DNA of 54,530 bases, taken from Hydrurus foetidus (lineage: Eukaryota). Position numbers and translations under genes: made by a program. Shown here in pieces: positions 36,293 to 48,413 of this stretch; position 1 is the first letter of the stretch, and every line of letters starts with the position of its first letter. The stretch covers positions 1-54,530 of the forward strand of contig UYFQ01000180.1 of NCBI GenBank assembly GCA_900617105.1, written 5' to 3'. Below the pieces are notes generated by a model. That model saw only the letters and a list, made by a program, of their open reading frames with translations. It ran no database searches and was not told the DNA's origin.

Positions 36293-39200
36293 CTAGTCGT
36301 GGTCCCAGCCCTGACCGAATGGGTTGTAGCTGTCGCTGTCACCGTCTCTGTCGACATCCTGGTCATCTCTCCCTGCCCTGCTCCTCTCTCCTCCATCTCT
36401 GTGGTCATCATGATCGTCATCATTGGACCCACTTTGAGCGTCACTATCTCCCTCTGCGTCTTCACTGTCATACTCGCTATCCATGTCAGAGTCGGAGCTG
36501 TCACTAGCCGATGCCTGCTCTTCACTGGATACTGAGTTGGAATCCGAGTTATACAGGAAGTAGTCGTTCCCAGCCGTCTGTTTGTCGTGAGTTGCCTCCT
36601 TGTCCACCGCTCCTCTGAAGCCACTGAGAGACTCTGCGTATGGGGAAGAGGTCGAGGAAGAGGACCGGCCAGTTGAGTCTCCTCTGTGGTCGGTACCGTC
36701 CGTTCTGTCAGCTGTGTATTTACCCCTACCCTTGCTTCTAAATCCCAGTCCATGCCCCACCTCTGCTAACTCCCCACACTTGCACCCACACCCTGCCGCA
36801 CACTCTACGGTTATCTCAAACCACTGCCTCATGTGCGCTGTGTGTCCTCCATGCCCACACGCAGAGCAGAAGTACCCTGCACCCCTTATAGGCATCTGGC
36901 AAAGAGAGCAGGTTAGTGCATAGTCCTTACAAGGCCTGCACCACACAGCATTCCCATTTTCATGCCCCTTAGAGCGGGTGAGTTCCTTTCTGTTGATGGA
37001 AACCATTTCACCGGCCATGTTCCCTATATTCCCACGATCCCTCTCAATGTCGGAAGAATCAGAGACAACTGCAGCCTGTTTATCCCCCAGGGGTGACACT
37101 ACCCGCTGAGATCTATACGGTGCATCAGATACTTGAGAACTATACGGTGCATCGGTGTCTGTTGCTGTGCCGCACCTGGGACAGTTGACACCTAGCCGCA
37201 CTAGTGTCACGAAGTCCCTCGTGACTTCCAAGTCATGCCTATTCACCGCACCTTGAAGTTGAAGTTGTAGTTGCAGTTGCACTGGATCTTGGACAGGAAT
37301 CTCTTCCCCTTGGGCGACCTCTCTGCTGCCTGAAAAAGATCTCTTCTTCACAGGCTGAGCGAGAGATGGAACAGAGACAGGGTGTGGAACAGAGACAGTG
37401 GCTAGGGAAAGGGATGAGGAGAGGGTGGAGTGAGAGAAGCAGTCTGGCTGCATTCTCTTCGCGACTTCAGTTGCTTGTAAGATGGAGCTCCACTGTCGCA
37501 GCATTTCCGAGTACGCACCCAGCAGCTGCTCCACATCCCGTACGGTGAAGCTCGCTGTACTTACACTGCGACAATTGTGGGAAGCTGCTCGATAAAAAAC
37601 ATGATATGAGAGGCAGTTGTGATGGAACGTGCTGCAATCGGTGGAGATTAGGTGAAGTCGTGTAATAGATGGTGGCAGCATGGCAACTGAGAGTAAAGCG
37701 TAGATAGAGCGCGGGAAAGCATGTAATCTCATTAATTGTGAATAAAGAGGCTACAGAATGACTTACGGAAATAAACACACACACACTCAACCACATACAC
37801 ACTCTCTCTCTCTCATACACACAGACGCACATACTCACACAGACACAGCACCGTACCGGGCGTCATGAGGGACACCAGCTCCACCCCTCCTCCAAATATG
37901 CACACCACCGTTGCGAGAGTCTGAAGGTCTCCGTTCTTTCGTAACTGGTCTACACAGCGGCAGAGCAGTGAACGACCCAGCACTGATTCGCTCCAATTAA
38001 CTTCACTACCATCTCCCATGGGCATGCTATCCGGTGCGCTTCGAGGGGCAGCCTTCTCCTTCTCACCTTTCTTCTTCACATCGCCCTTGTCCCCTACACC
38101 TTTCTCAACTACCGCAACACAATCGGTGCGACAGCCACTCTTAGTGTGTGCCATAACTTCAATAGAGGACGCCATTAAACTCCACAACTGCTGCACCACA
38201 CGCACCTGGCCGTGACAACCGACTCTACCGGAGCTCGGTGTCGGCCAAATACGGCCAAGGCTTCCACTCTCCCCCTGTCCCCCTGCTGCCCTCCCTCTTC
38301 CCCTCATTCTACGCACATGCAGGATTTTCTCGACTGTTTCTAGTGCTGTGGCGTTGTGTCTACAGGCGGCTGCTCTGGCTGCCCACACACTGGGGAGGTC
38401 GTCTAGATGACCGCTGTGCATTGTGATGAGATATTTAGTATGTTCAGTATGACAGTCACTGGTATATGCTCCTTGTACACCGTATGGTGTGATGGTGTGG
38501 CAGAATGAGTAGGGTGAAGACTGCACCTCAGTTGGGAGGGAGTTGGGTTCTGGATGTCTCAAGGCCAAGGAGAGAACTACTACTAGCTACCACTGGGACG
38601 ATGTTAAAGGACGTGCAACCAGCATGATAGAGTGCAATCGATCACACAGTAAATGGTGATATCATGAATTGAGTTGAATTGGAGAGAAAAGGATCAAGTA
38701 AAGAGTGCTGTGCATTATCAGTCTACCTACCAGGAGAGGGGGCCGAGTATGTAGTGAAAAGCCAGCAGCTGTGCTCTTTCATTCGCAGCGTGATACAACT
38801 TAATCTGCAAAAATAGCGAAGATAGATGAGCTGCAAATGGAAATGCAGATGAGAGTAGAGTACATGGTTCAGAATGACTATGGCTAAGGAAACTAACAAT
38901 TACTGGCAAGATAAGAAAAGATGAGATGGGATGAGATAATATAGGATAAGATATGATTAGATAAGATAAGATGGGATAGGATAAGATTAGATAAGATGAG
39001 ATGGGATAAGATAAGATGGGATAAGATAAGATACTGACTAACCCTGAACGGCTTGTTCGACATGGCGATCGATCCTCTCTCCGCCCCCTCTTCCTCTTCA
39101 TCTTCCTCCTCTACGTGACCTCCATATTCATCATAACCGTTATACCCTTCTGTTCCGTGTCCATATGCATGTCCGTGTGCATGTCCGTGTGTTTGATTAG

Positions 39201-39978
39201 CAGCAGATGCTATGACGTCATCCTGTTGGTCAAGAGTAACACCCAAGGTGTCGAGTGTGTCCTGTGGGTGGGCTAGAGGGAAAAGGAGGGAATTGGATAA
39301 TCCCAAGGCAGATGGTAGTACCACCGTTGGAGTCAAGGTGGGGGGCAGTGATAGGGTAGGAGCTGACAGCACTACAGCCTTCGGAGACAGTGAAGACAGA
39401 AGGGGAGATGGGCTGTCACCCGTGCTCCCGCCACGGCTAATACTGGCCAAAGCGACAGCAGTAACAGGTGTCTCCCCTGTGGAGAAAGCAGTGTTACTGA
39501 CACCTATACTACCCGATTTGTGGACTGTTGATACCAGAGCTGTGGCCGAATAAGCCGTACTATCCGGCATACTCGTACGGCCTCTCTGGTTCACATTCTG
39601 ACCCTGGGTCGAGGAGTTGCCAGATGAGGTGGACAGGGAGGACGAGGGGTTAAATGGCTGAGCATTCTTTGTGGTGGGAGATCCTCTCTTCCCTACTCGT
39701 CCCCGCCCTCTACCCTGTATCAACCCGATGGCTCCCGCTCCCGCTCCCACTCCTACTCCCCCTCCTGCACCTTGACCAATCACTGGTCCTTGTACAGTGG
39801 GTGGGGGATAGACAAATGACTTAGTCTGCTCTGCGGTGTCGTACATTTTGGCACTGCTCAAGAGGTGCTCTTCGAAGATACGCACATTATCCACAGCGCT
39901 GCCCCTGAGTGTGTTGTATTTGTGTGTGAGAGCATGTTAGACGTGTGTGTGTGCGCACGCGCCTATTCGTTTGTGTGC

Positions 39979-40009
<31 letters not shown>

Positions 40010-43000
40010 GGTGCGTTTGTTAAACATGTGTGTGTGTGTTTGTGCATGTGTGAGTGCGTGCTAATTATAATCAGGGTTCTAAGCACTAACGTTCTGCTCA
40101 CGCTTCGCTCACGTTTTAATAACGTTTACATATATGTACACATATAAATATTTTATCGGCATATGAATCTGTGTTTTAAATGTGAGTGTATGTGGGGATG
40201 GATATCTTATACGGCAGATAAGGAATGCATGACAAAAGAACCACGGAAGGTATAAACAGACTCACTCTTCGTAGTCGTCCCCGCTATCATCCGATGAAGC
40301 GTCTGTATCTGCATCCGTGTCAGCGTCAGAGTCGATGTCGGTGCTGTGTGTGCCGACAGATGATCCCTGTCCCTCCATCTCTCTACCGCTGTCAGACTCG
40401 TACTCACCCTCATATGAATTGTTCCTTACGCCCCTCCTCCCTCCTCCCCTCCCCTTTCCCCTCCTGCCTTTACCCTTGCTCGATCCTTTGCCTGAGTGCG
40501 CTCTCTGAGCTATCAGTTCTTGCTCCACAGCGGCAGCAGCGATGGCCTGGAGGAATGAAACGGGATGGGGTGCAATAGAGTTGAGGTTAGGTAATAGTTG
40601 TGCTGTGAAAAAAAGTATCAACGAATCTAGATTGGACGATCGCAGAAGATTGAAACAATATTTGCCAATAATGAAGATGTTAGGACGATTAATGGCTCCA
40701 TAGACATGAGGCGCTGCCACCTAACTACCCCTCCCCTCATCTCATCCTCAAACATATAGAGGGAGGGGGTGGAAGAGTGAGAGAGATGGTGGGGACAGTC
40801 TTATGCGCGTCTTGCAAGCAAAGTGATTCATCCTACAGCTACAGCATAGTTATTGCTAGCTAGCTAGCTAGCTAGCTGACACTGTGGGGCGCTCGGAGTA
40901 GACCACACACACAGAGACCCACACACGCTTGACCAACCGGACTGCACAGTACGATATGATACAGCGTGATGAGAGTGTGCGCTACATACAGAGCGCCCGT
41001 GTGAACACTAATTTAGCTTGAACACTAATTTAGCTTGAACACTAATTTAGCTTGAACACTAATTTAGCTTGAACACAGCGCAGTAAAGTGCATCACAGTA
41101 GAGTGTGTGTGCGCTTGACTATGAGAGGGAGAGAGGGAGAGAGTCTGTGAGAGAGTGTGTGAGTGTGCGAGAGGGATATAGAGGGAGTCTCTGAGAGGGA
41201 GAGAGGAAGTGTGTGTGTGAAAGGGAGAGAGAGTGTCCGCCTGTGTGTGTATGTTTATGTGTATGTGTGCGAGTGCGTGTGAGTGAGTGAGACAAACAGA
41301 CAGCTGTCTCACCTCGGCCTCTTCACTGGCTCTCACAGCAAGCATCTCCGCTCTCATTCTCTCCGCTACCAGCAGATCTGCTAGAGTCTTGGGATATGGC
41401 ATGGGGGCCATCAGAGAGGCAGGGAGAGAAGCTGATGATGAGGCCACTTTTCTGCCTCTCTCTGACCCGGACCCCAACCCTGATATTGGGGGAAGGCAGA
41501 GAGTGGCTCCACCGAAACACACCAGTACTCCGAGTGCGGAGAAGGATGCTGTGAATTACAGAACATGAGAGAGTAAATAAGTTAGATAATGTCAAATATC
41601 CGGATTTGAGGAAGTTCTTTAGTCAGTGATTGTGCCGGTCGAAACTAAACGGGAAAATTGGTTTTGCGGGGAGGTTTTTGCGTGTTTTTGACAGAGGTCA
41701 AAATAATTGTTATTTTGATTCTGCGGTCAAAAACACGAATACGCCGCAAAATAAATTTTTGCAGCACCGTTTAGTTTTGACCAGCACAATAAATACAACT
41801 TTTGCAGCGTTGATTCAGTTGCTTCAGTAAGCAGAAGCACATGCTATAAGATAGAATAATATGTAGATAAGGTGCTTTCAGACAGACTGGTGTTGAGGCA
41901 AATGGACTGACAGGTAGACTGCCATAGAGACAGACGTTGACAGACATCAATCCATCTACTCTACTCTACTCCACTCTACTCTCCTCTGCTCTATTATGCT
42001 CCTCCTTGCCTTGCCTTTCTTACCTCCCGATGATCTGGGACAGGGGACTCGATAGGCCAGTGGATCGATGACGTCAGCATCAGGCACCCCCTCGTCTGAC
42101 TCTTCTTCGATCTCCGCCCATGCGTCATCCGTGAGTCGGAATGTGCCCGAGCAGGAACTAGGTCCTGAGTCTTGACCCCTATCCCTTCCCCCTCCCAGTC
42201 CCCCTGCTTGTCCATTGCTCTTGAGGGACAGAGGGCCTTCCACATCCATGCCCACCTCACTATCTCCCCCTACCCCTACCCCTATCCCTATCCCTCCCCC
42301 TATCCCCGCCCCTGGGTCGCTTTCTATCTTGCATTCTCCAGGTAGAATAAGCGCAAGTGTTTCTGGCGGTCTGATAGGTGAGTTGGGGTCAGACGGAGGA
42401 ATGCCGATAGAGAGGGCAGCACCAGTGACTTCTCTTTGACTCCAAATCTGCAACACCCTCGTTAGGAACCACTTTCCCAGCTCAATTAGGAAGCCTTGAT
42501 CAGAGTGTGTCTGTGTGGGGAAGGACCCACGTTGTGAGGCATTTAGTTTGCTGCTCCGCGCTGACATGATTGCTGTAAGCTCGGCACTTAGGTGTGGAGC
42601 GCTGACAGACATCTGTGGAGGTGAGAATGTGAGAGATGATATGAGGTGCTTGACACTTGATTGTTATGAGTAGGCTGTAGTGAGAAGATTGTCAGAATGT
42701 GAGTCACTGCAATGCACTGCACTGCCATGCACTGTACTGCACTGGGAGAAAGTGCAGTGTGATAAATTCAAATAAGAGTACGACTGAATATGTAGACACA
42801 TCATGCATCACACTATCACAATCATCAGCGCCACTCACCCCGCTGCCCCGTATGGCGTAAGAAGGTGATCCTAGTGCGGGATATTTAGCCGGAAAGGATA
42901 TGATGAGTGTGGCCGTGTAGTCTGGCATAACAGGGATCGAGGATCTATGGCTGCCCAGACTGGAGCTCACTTGGGAAGGGTGGTACACTGCCTGGGATGT

Positions 43001-45065
43001 CTGGTTGGCTTTCTATCATGCGGTGTGAGATGTTGGAGGATAGGAAAGTGTTCGTGTAGGGTTAGTTTCTAGTCGGTTAATCAAGGCGGTCAAGATAGTA
43101 GGGAACGCAGTCAGTCAGATCTGGGTATGAGGAGAGATAGGGGAGAGAAACAGAAGAGGAAGAGAAGAGATCAGCGGATAATCTGAGGACACTCCTCTCC
43201 TACCGCCTAGATAGAATTGAGGGCAACATAGACAAAGCTGAAAACACTACTCCACGATATCAGATAACTCTCCCCCACCTCTATCCACAGCACGGACGGA
43301 TGACTAGAGAAAGTACATAACATACCTGACGAACTTCCAATGTGATTTGCCTGGCATACTGGTCCACTCTGACCACAGTGAGACTCTCCAGTTCCCCAGT
43401 CTGTAGTCTCTCCTCTAGTCCCAGCACTTCTCTCTGCAGCATGGACCACAGCTCCGCCTTCACGGGATCAGATTCGAACCCAAGACCCGTTGAACTGTCG
43501 ACAGTAAGAGAGGAGTGCACGACCTCCACCTCTAACCCTGTCCCTGTCGTCCTAAAAGGGATGCTGTTCTTGCCATTCCCAGGGAGCTGTCTTAGACTGT
43601 TGCTGTGCGACTCTATGAATGAGTTGTGGCTTATGAGGGATTTCTTCAGAGCGTATTTAGGTTTCATCCGCTCAGATCCTGGCATTTCTTTGTCCACGTT
43701 CTCGCTGTTCTGACCGCTTGAGCTGCTACTTACTCGCTGCATACGATCCTCTTGACTGCGCTCATTCAGGGTCTTAGTAGGCACTCTCAATATGTGCAGT
43801 GCAGCGGAGTCAGTGAGCATCATCATCTCTATTCCTGTGAGAGCAGAAGGAACAAGCCGTGTAGTCGACCCCCATCTGACGCCGAGAATGTTCTCATAGC
43901 TTGACGCTAGAAGAGTGCTGCGTCTTTCAGAAGAGGAATCAGAATCGTCACTTAGGGGGGAGAAAGCTTCTTTAAGAGACAGTCCGTATCGGGGATACCC
44001 GTGCAGAGTTATGTCCATCTTGAAGTCACGAGAAGAACCGGGTGGCAGGCTGTCACTGCCGCCATTGAACAGAATATCTGCAGGTGGGAATTGCTTGTCG
44101 TGCAGTCCAGTCGATACGTATGATGGTATGCTATCAGCGGTCTGGACGGCTGTGCTGTCAGCTGATTTATCCGGTCCTTGAAGGCGTCTGCACACGACAA
44201 CGCCCTTACCGTAGGGCGCAGCGAGCAGGATGGTGGTATCGTCCAAATGCACTGGAGATATGCTTGCGACACGCTGAGAATCAATGGGGCCACTGCAGTT
44301 GAAAACTGAATTTGCAGTATTCGCTGAAGTGCTAGCGCTGATTCCATTTATGTCCCACCACTCTAGAGTACTATTACTTTTACCAATAATGAGCGTCTGA
44401 CAGGATGGACTGGGCAATTTTGAAGAAGTTTCTTCTTTACCAGACCAGCAGCAGCTAAGTACGGATCCAGCGGAGGAATTTATTGTCACGAAGGAGTCGT
44501 TTTTAGAGCCAGAAAAACCTGCTGTTGACGATGCGCTGGTGCTGCTGCCCGCCATTCGTGTATCCCAGACAAAAACTTTTTGAGAGTCACAGCAGGATGC
44601 TAACAAATCGGAATTTGTTGGGCACCAAGCAATTGAGGTAACAACCTGGCCAGCAGATATTTGCATAGTTGATTGTCGGGGTGATCTCATGTCCCAAAGT
44701 GAAACGCCACCCCCGGAATCACAACTTGTCGCCAGAATGTTGTGATTCGATTTGTTCCAGTCTAAATCCGTTATCCATCCTGTACTGTGGACAAATCCCA
44801 GCAGAGGTCGAAGAGATTTAGATGGATCCCAGAGAGAGACGACTCCACCTCTAAGAGCTGCTAGGTGTCCATATTTTTGATAGCGGATCTGGCGAATCTG
44901 CTGAGGTTGTTCGTAATGGATGACATGCCGAGGGGAACCCAAACCGCTCAAGAGGAAGAAAGTCAAGCATCCAGGGGACGCAACAACACACATCTCATTG
45001 TTGCAGCTCAAGTCAAATGCAGACGGCTTCCCCCGCACGGATAGCTGAATTGTTGAGCTCAGCAT
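36293..45065 (-). CDS. WDR59: GATOR2/SEA complex subunit WDR59 (Sea3) homolog, multi-exon
   Basis: N-terminal WD40 (GWITDLDWN, VSLWDMR, VFVWDTR); RWD-like LIISFPAKYP; VPCPRSSG-ASFS..G.LVCF across a splice; CRHNA; LGRSLL...GDLQTLATVVCIF; YSEMLRQW; C-terminal ZnF/RING CSLCQMPIRG..FCSACGHGGH..HMRQWF...CAAGCGCKC. Confidence 0.92.
41002..41076. repeat. 17-bp tandem repeat, 4.4 copies, intronic
   Basis: Unit TGAACACTAATTTAGCT. Confidence 0.95.
41629..41790. mobile_element. Palindromic (fold-back) MITE-like insertion in a WDR59 intron
   Basis: Outer arms TTGTGCCGGTCGAAACTAAACGG / CCGTTTAGTTTTGACCAGCACAA (21/23); nested inner arms TTTTGCGG/CCGCAAAA, CGTGTTTTTGAC/GTCAAAAACACG, TCAAAATAA/TTATTTTGA. 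Confidence 0.75.
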
Positions 45066-46297
45066 TCTGGACTACATCTCGATATTTGTACCTCCTGCAA
45101 TTCCGTCAAAGAGATGGTGATGACAAGAATCATAGCGCGTAGCGCATGTCCTGCAAACTGCTGTTATTGAAGGTACTGAAAGTTGAAATTGAGATGTGAG
45201 ATTCCTCTTCCAAGTAAATTATTGGACATCGCATTGGAATTGCCAGCAGGAAGAATGTAAATGGCATCTATATTGTGTCAAATTCATCTGATGTTTATAT
45301 TGTGTATCATGTGAACTCTACGATCGTATTTGTCGCGAGGGCCTGACTGGCATTTTTAGTTTGATACCAATCAAGTTCCATTCGGTTTTGAAATAGGCGT
45401 CATGTTTGTAAGGCGAATCTGATGTACCGTAGTGCATGCAAACGATTTTTCCTAACATGATTCGGGGGGATGGCCGAGGATCTTCATGATGATTGTATGA
45501 TTCTTTGCTCGAATGGAAAATAGATTTATATGTAACGAACAGAGGAGGACAAGCCCCCTCCAAGTGATTATACTATCATTGAATATCAAATCAGCGTAGA
45601 CAACTTGAATGGAGAATTGTTTAACATCGAAACGTCTGAACCCACACGGCCTACCAACGAAATGATGTGTGTTACGTTTTGGTTTCCAAGTTACGAGACA
45701 CATGCGGCGTTGTTTCTCTTGCACTTAATATCCACTGGAATTCCAGTGGAATTCCCTCAGCTATTCAATTCAATGCGCCCATCGTCATAATATGATATTT
45801 GAAGTCGCATGTATGCCAGTTTAAAGTGTTTTCATTTGAATCAAGGTGATCACATAGGATTGCTCGATTCGGCGCTTTCAAGTTAGCGCGGAAGGTCGAC
45901 AGTGCTGCAAAATATGTTGAGTACCCTTAGCGAAGATGTCCTTCACGGTAGCCTTTACAGTCGATTTCACACGGAGTGCGGAGATGATGTAATTGCCATC
46001 ACCGCGATTTGTTAACAAAAAGGACGACGTTCCTGTTGCAAAACTTCAGCGATCATTACCGATCTAGGGTTTATGTAGACTTGAATTTAAATTTTGGGCT
46101 ATGTAATCAAAGAGATATTCTGAGATTGTACAGAGGTGTTTGTTGACATAACCAGTTAGTTCTCATAAAGTGATCCGGATCCTTAGAAAACAGTTCGTTC
46201 CGTTCCGTTCTACATGTAAGTCTCGGCATCAATATAAAAGCGTCAATATAAAGGCAGATCTAAATGCTATCAGCTTCAAATCATTATAAGATTACGT

Positions 46298-46770
46298 TTA
46301 TTTCTTGTTGAATCTCCAGTCCGCAGAGAAGAAACTCTCCTCTTTGGAGACGTTAATCTCAGGCGTAGGGTCTGGGCGACCTCCCCAAGTCATGTTCTTT
46401 TTTGTCGATTTCGACGCAGCAGGAGCTTTGCCGGTGGCTTTACTGGTGGCTTTGGAAGCTACAGGGGCTGCCTTTCCTTTGGATGCCGAAGAGGGTGCTG
46501 CCGCGGCTTTTCCAAAAATATCCTCAAGGTTTGAAGGTGGAATCTTTGATCCGGGCCAGTTGAATCGAGGAATGGCATTGATGGCTGACTGAAATATCGC
46601 ACGTTCGGAGAAAATTTGTGATGAGTCCAAGTCAAGCACTACAGCGATATGGATGTTCGGCGATGTTTCCCTACGATGAAATGCACCTGTCTCGTTACTC
46701 TGTTGGACAGAGGCACGAACGCCACAGTTACGGCCGCGAAGGCAAGAAGCAGAAATAAGGATTGGAACAT
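46298..46770 (-). CDS. Small (124 aa) plastid-targeted protein of unknown function, 2 exons (intron 46589-46686)
   Basis: MFQSLFLLLAFAAVTVA-FVP signal/cleavage motif, transit LSNRVTRQ|SAINA, phase-0 GT-AG intron joining in frame to ORF 46298-46639; Ala/Lys-rich linker, WGGRPDPTPE motif. Confidence 0.8.
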
Positions 46771-47060
46771 TGTCTAAGTTCTTTTTGCAATGAATTGAGA
46801 GCTTTTGCTATGGACGTACTCGTCGCAAGAGAAGCAAGCAGTACTGCAGTAATTGCTGTTGATGGGCATTGCCTCAAAAGATTTTTGTTTCGGGACCGAC
46901 CGGACCCCTCTGTTGCAATTATCCGGGGTTTCGGATTGATCTGGATCCCAGATCCTGTGTAAGTACTGAATGGTGTACTGTGCATGGTACATTATACCTT
47001 TTAAGGTGTCAGATCCCAGATTTCATAATGTCCGCTTGCTGCTGTGACACGCGCGGTGGC

Positions 47061-47317
47061 GGTGACAGGTGACAGGTGACAGGTGACAGGTGACAGGTGA
47101 CAGGTGACAGGTGACAGGTGACAGGTGACAGGTGACAGGTGACAGGTGACAGGTGACAGGTGACAGGTGACAGGTGACAGGTGACAGGTGACAGGTGACA
47201 GGTGACAGGTGACAGGTGACAGGTGACAGGTGACAGGTGACAGGTGACAGGTGACAGGTGACAGGTGACAGGTGACAGGTGACAGGTGACAGGTGACAGG
47301 TGACAGGGACAGGTGAC
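47061..47317. repeat. (GGTGACA)n heptamer satellite, about 35 copies
   Basis: Direct reading; intergenic. Confidence 0.97.
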
Positions 47318-47567
47318 GACCCGCACTAATGCTGTATGAGTGTCAGGAATACTTACTGTAAGGGGATTCGCAGCGGAAAGACGGCAAATTAGCCCCTGTC
47401 GTTCACCAGAAAATACCACGACAAATTAGCCATCAATTTAACCTGCAGTTTTTGTTCTGTTTCCGTAAAAAATAATAGTAAATTCTGATTAAGTCATGTT
47501 TCTTTCTTTTCTATAAGTGCACTAATTACTTCTTTTTGGAATATTAAACCATAATATCCACGATAAG

Positions 47568-48216
47568 TAGGGATGGTGGCTACGCGAGTTTTTTGTCATT
47601 AGCCGGGCGAGCCGACTCAAAGGTTCTAGCCTAGTCGTTAACCCAACAAGGATTGATCTTAGCCCAACAACTAGCTCAAAGACGGAAATCGCCTTAAAAT
47701 AACAAAAATTGAATTTAAACGAAAAAGTTAGAAAAACGATTCTGAACTCGGAACTAAGAGTAGCATCACTTATGGATGATCAGCCGTATGGATTGGTACC
47801 AGTGCCCCTCTTGTAAGACTGCAGTATACAGTACTGAATGCATAAATCACAGACGAATTAGCAACGTGGTCGGAAAAAATCAACGACCCGCTTAGCACCC
47901 ATTTTATTTTTGATTTTCTCATTAGTATCCCAATTATCACGAGAACATACATCAAACAAGACGCACTGTCCCTATCCGACATTGAACTTAATTTCTAAAG
48001 AGGGTTATTCGAGATGTTACATTTGATATAAAATATACAATTGCTCCGTCGTAGATTAGCCAGTCAACCAAAAAAAGACTTCACCAGCGAGCCACCCAGG
48101 CTAATCATGCCGTATAGCCCTACTAGCCGGGCTTCGGTATAGGCGGCTAGTGTCTATTGGCTAGAACCTAGCCAACATCATTCTAATTAGTAATTAGTGT
48201 GGCAGCGTAGCCGCTA
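47568..48216. mobile_element. Degenerate non-autonomous TIR element, possibly hAT-like
   Basis: TGGTGGCTACGC (47574) versus GCGTAGCCGCTA (ends 48216); inner perfect IR AGGTTCTAGCC (47621) / GGCTAGAACCT (ends 48169), each 47 nt from its end; many TAGCC/GGCTA subterminal motifs; left end preceded by TAGGGA. No clear TSD. Confidence 0.5.
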
Positions 48217-48413
48217 CAAGTTAGATAGCGGACCCCGACCTCTCTCAGAAATGGACGGCTACAGTGGTTGCTGTTGACCCTTTTCAACCCTCGTGCTCAC
48301 GGGAAGCAGCCCGAATTAATAAGGAATAGGAACAGGCTGTGGCTAAGCACTAACCTTAGCTGGCCTAGTTTGGAAAAACATTCAACCACAAGGAGACCAC
48401 CGAGACGAATGAA

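Noticed and set aside
45318..45790. Short ORFs between WDR59 and the small plastid-protein gene
   Set aside because: No recognisable domain or TIR structure; treated as intergenic.
36126..46122. 11-bp inverted match (CAGAATATCTC / GAGATATTCTG) flanking WDR59 as a third gene-bracketing pair
   Set aside because: The match does not extend; consistent with chance.
47061..47317. GGTGACA array as a telomeric repeat
   Set aside because: Internal position and no resemblance to TTAGGG/TTTAGGG-type repeats.
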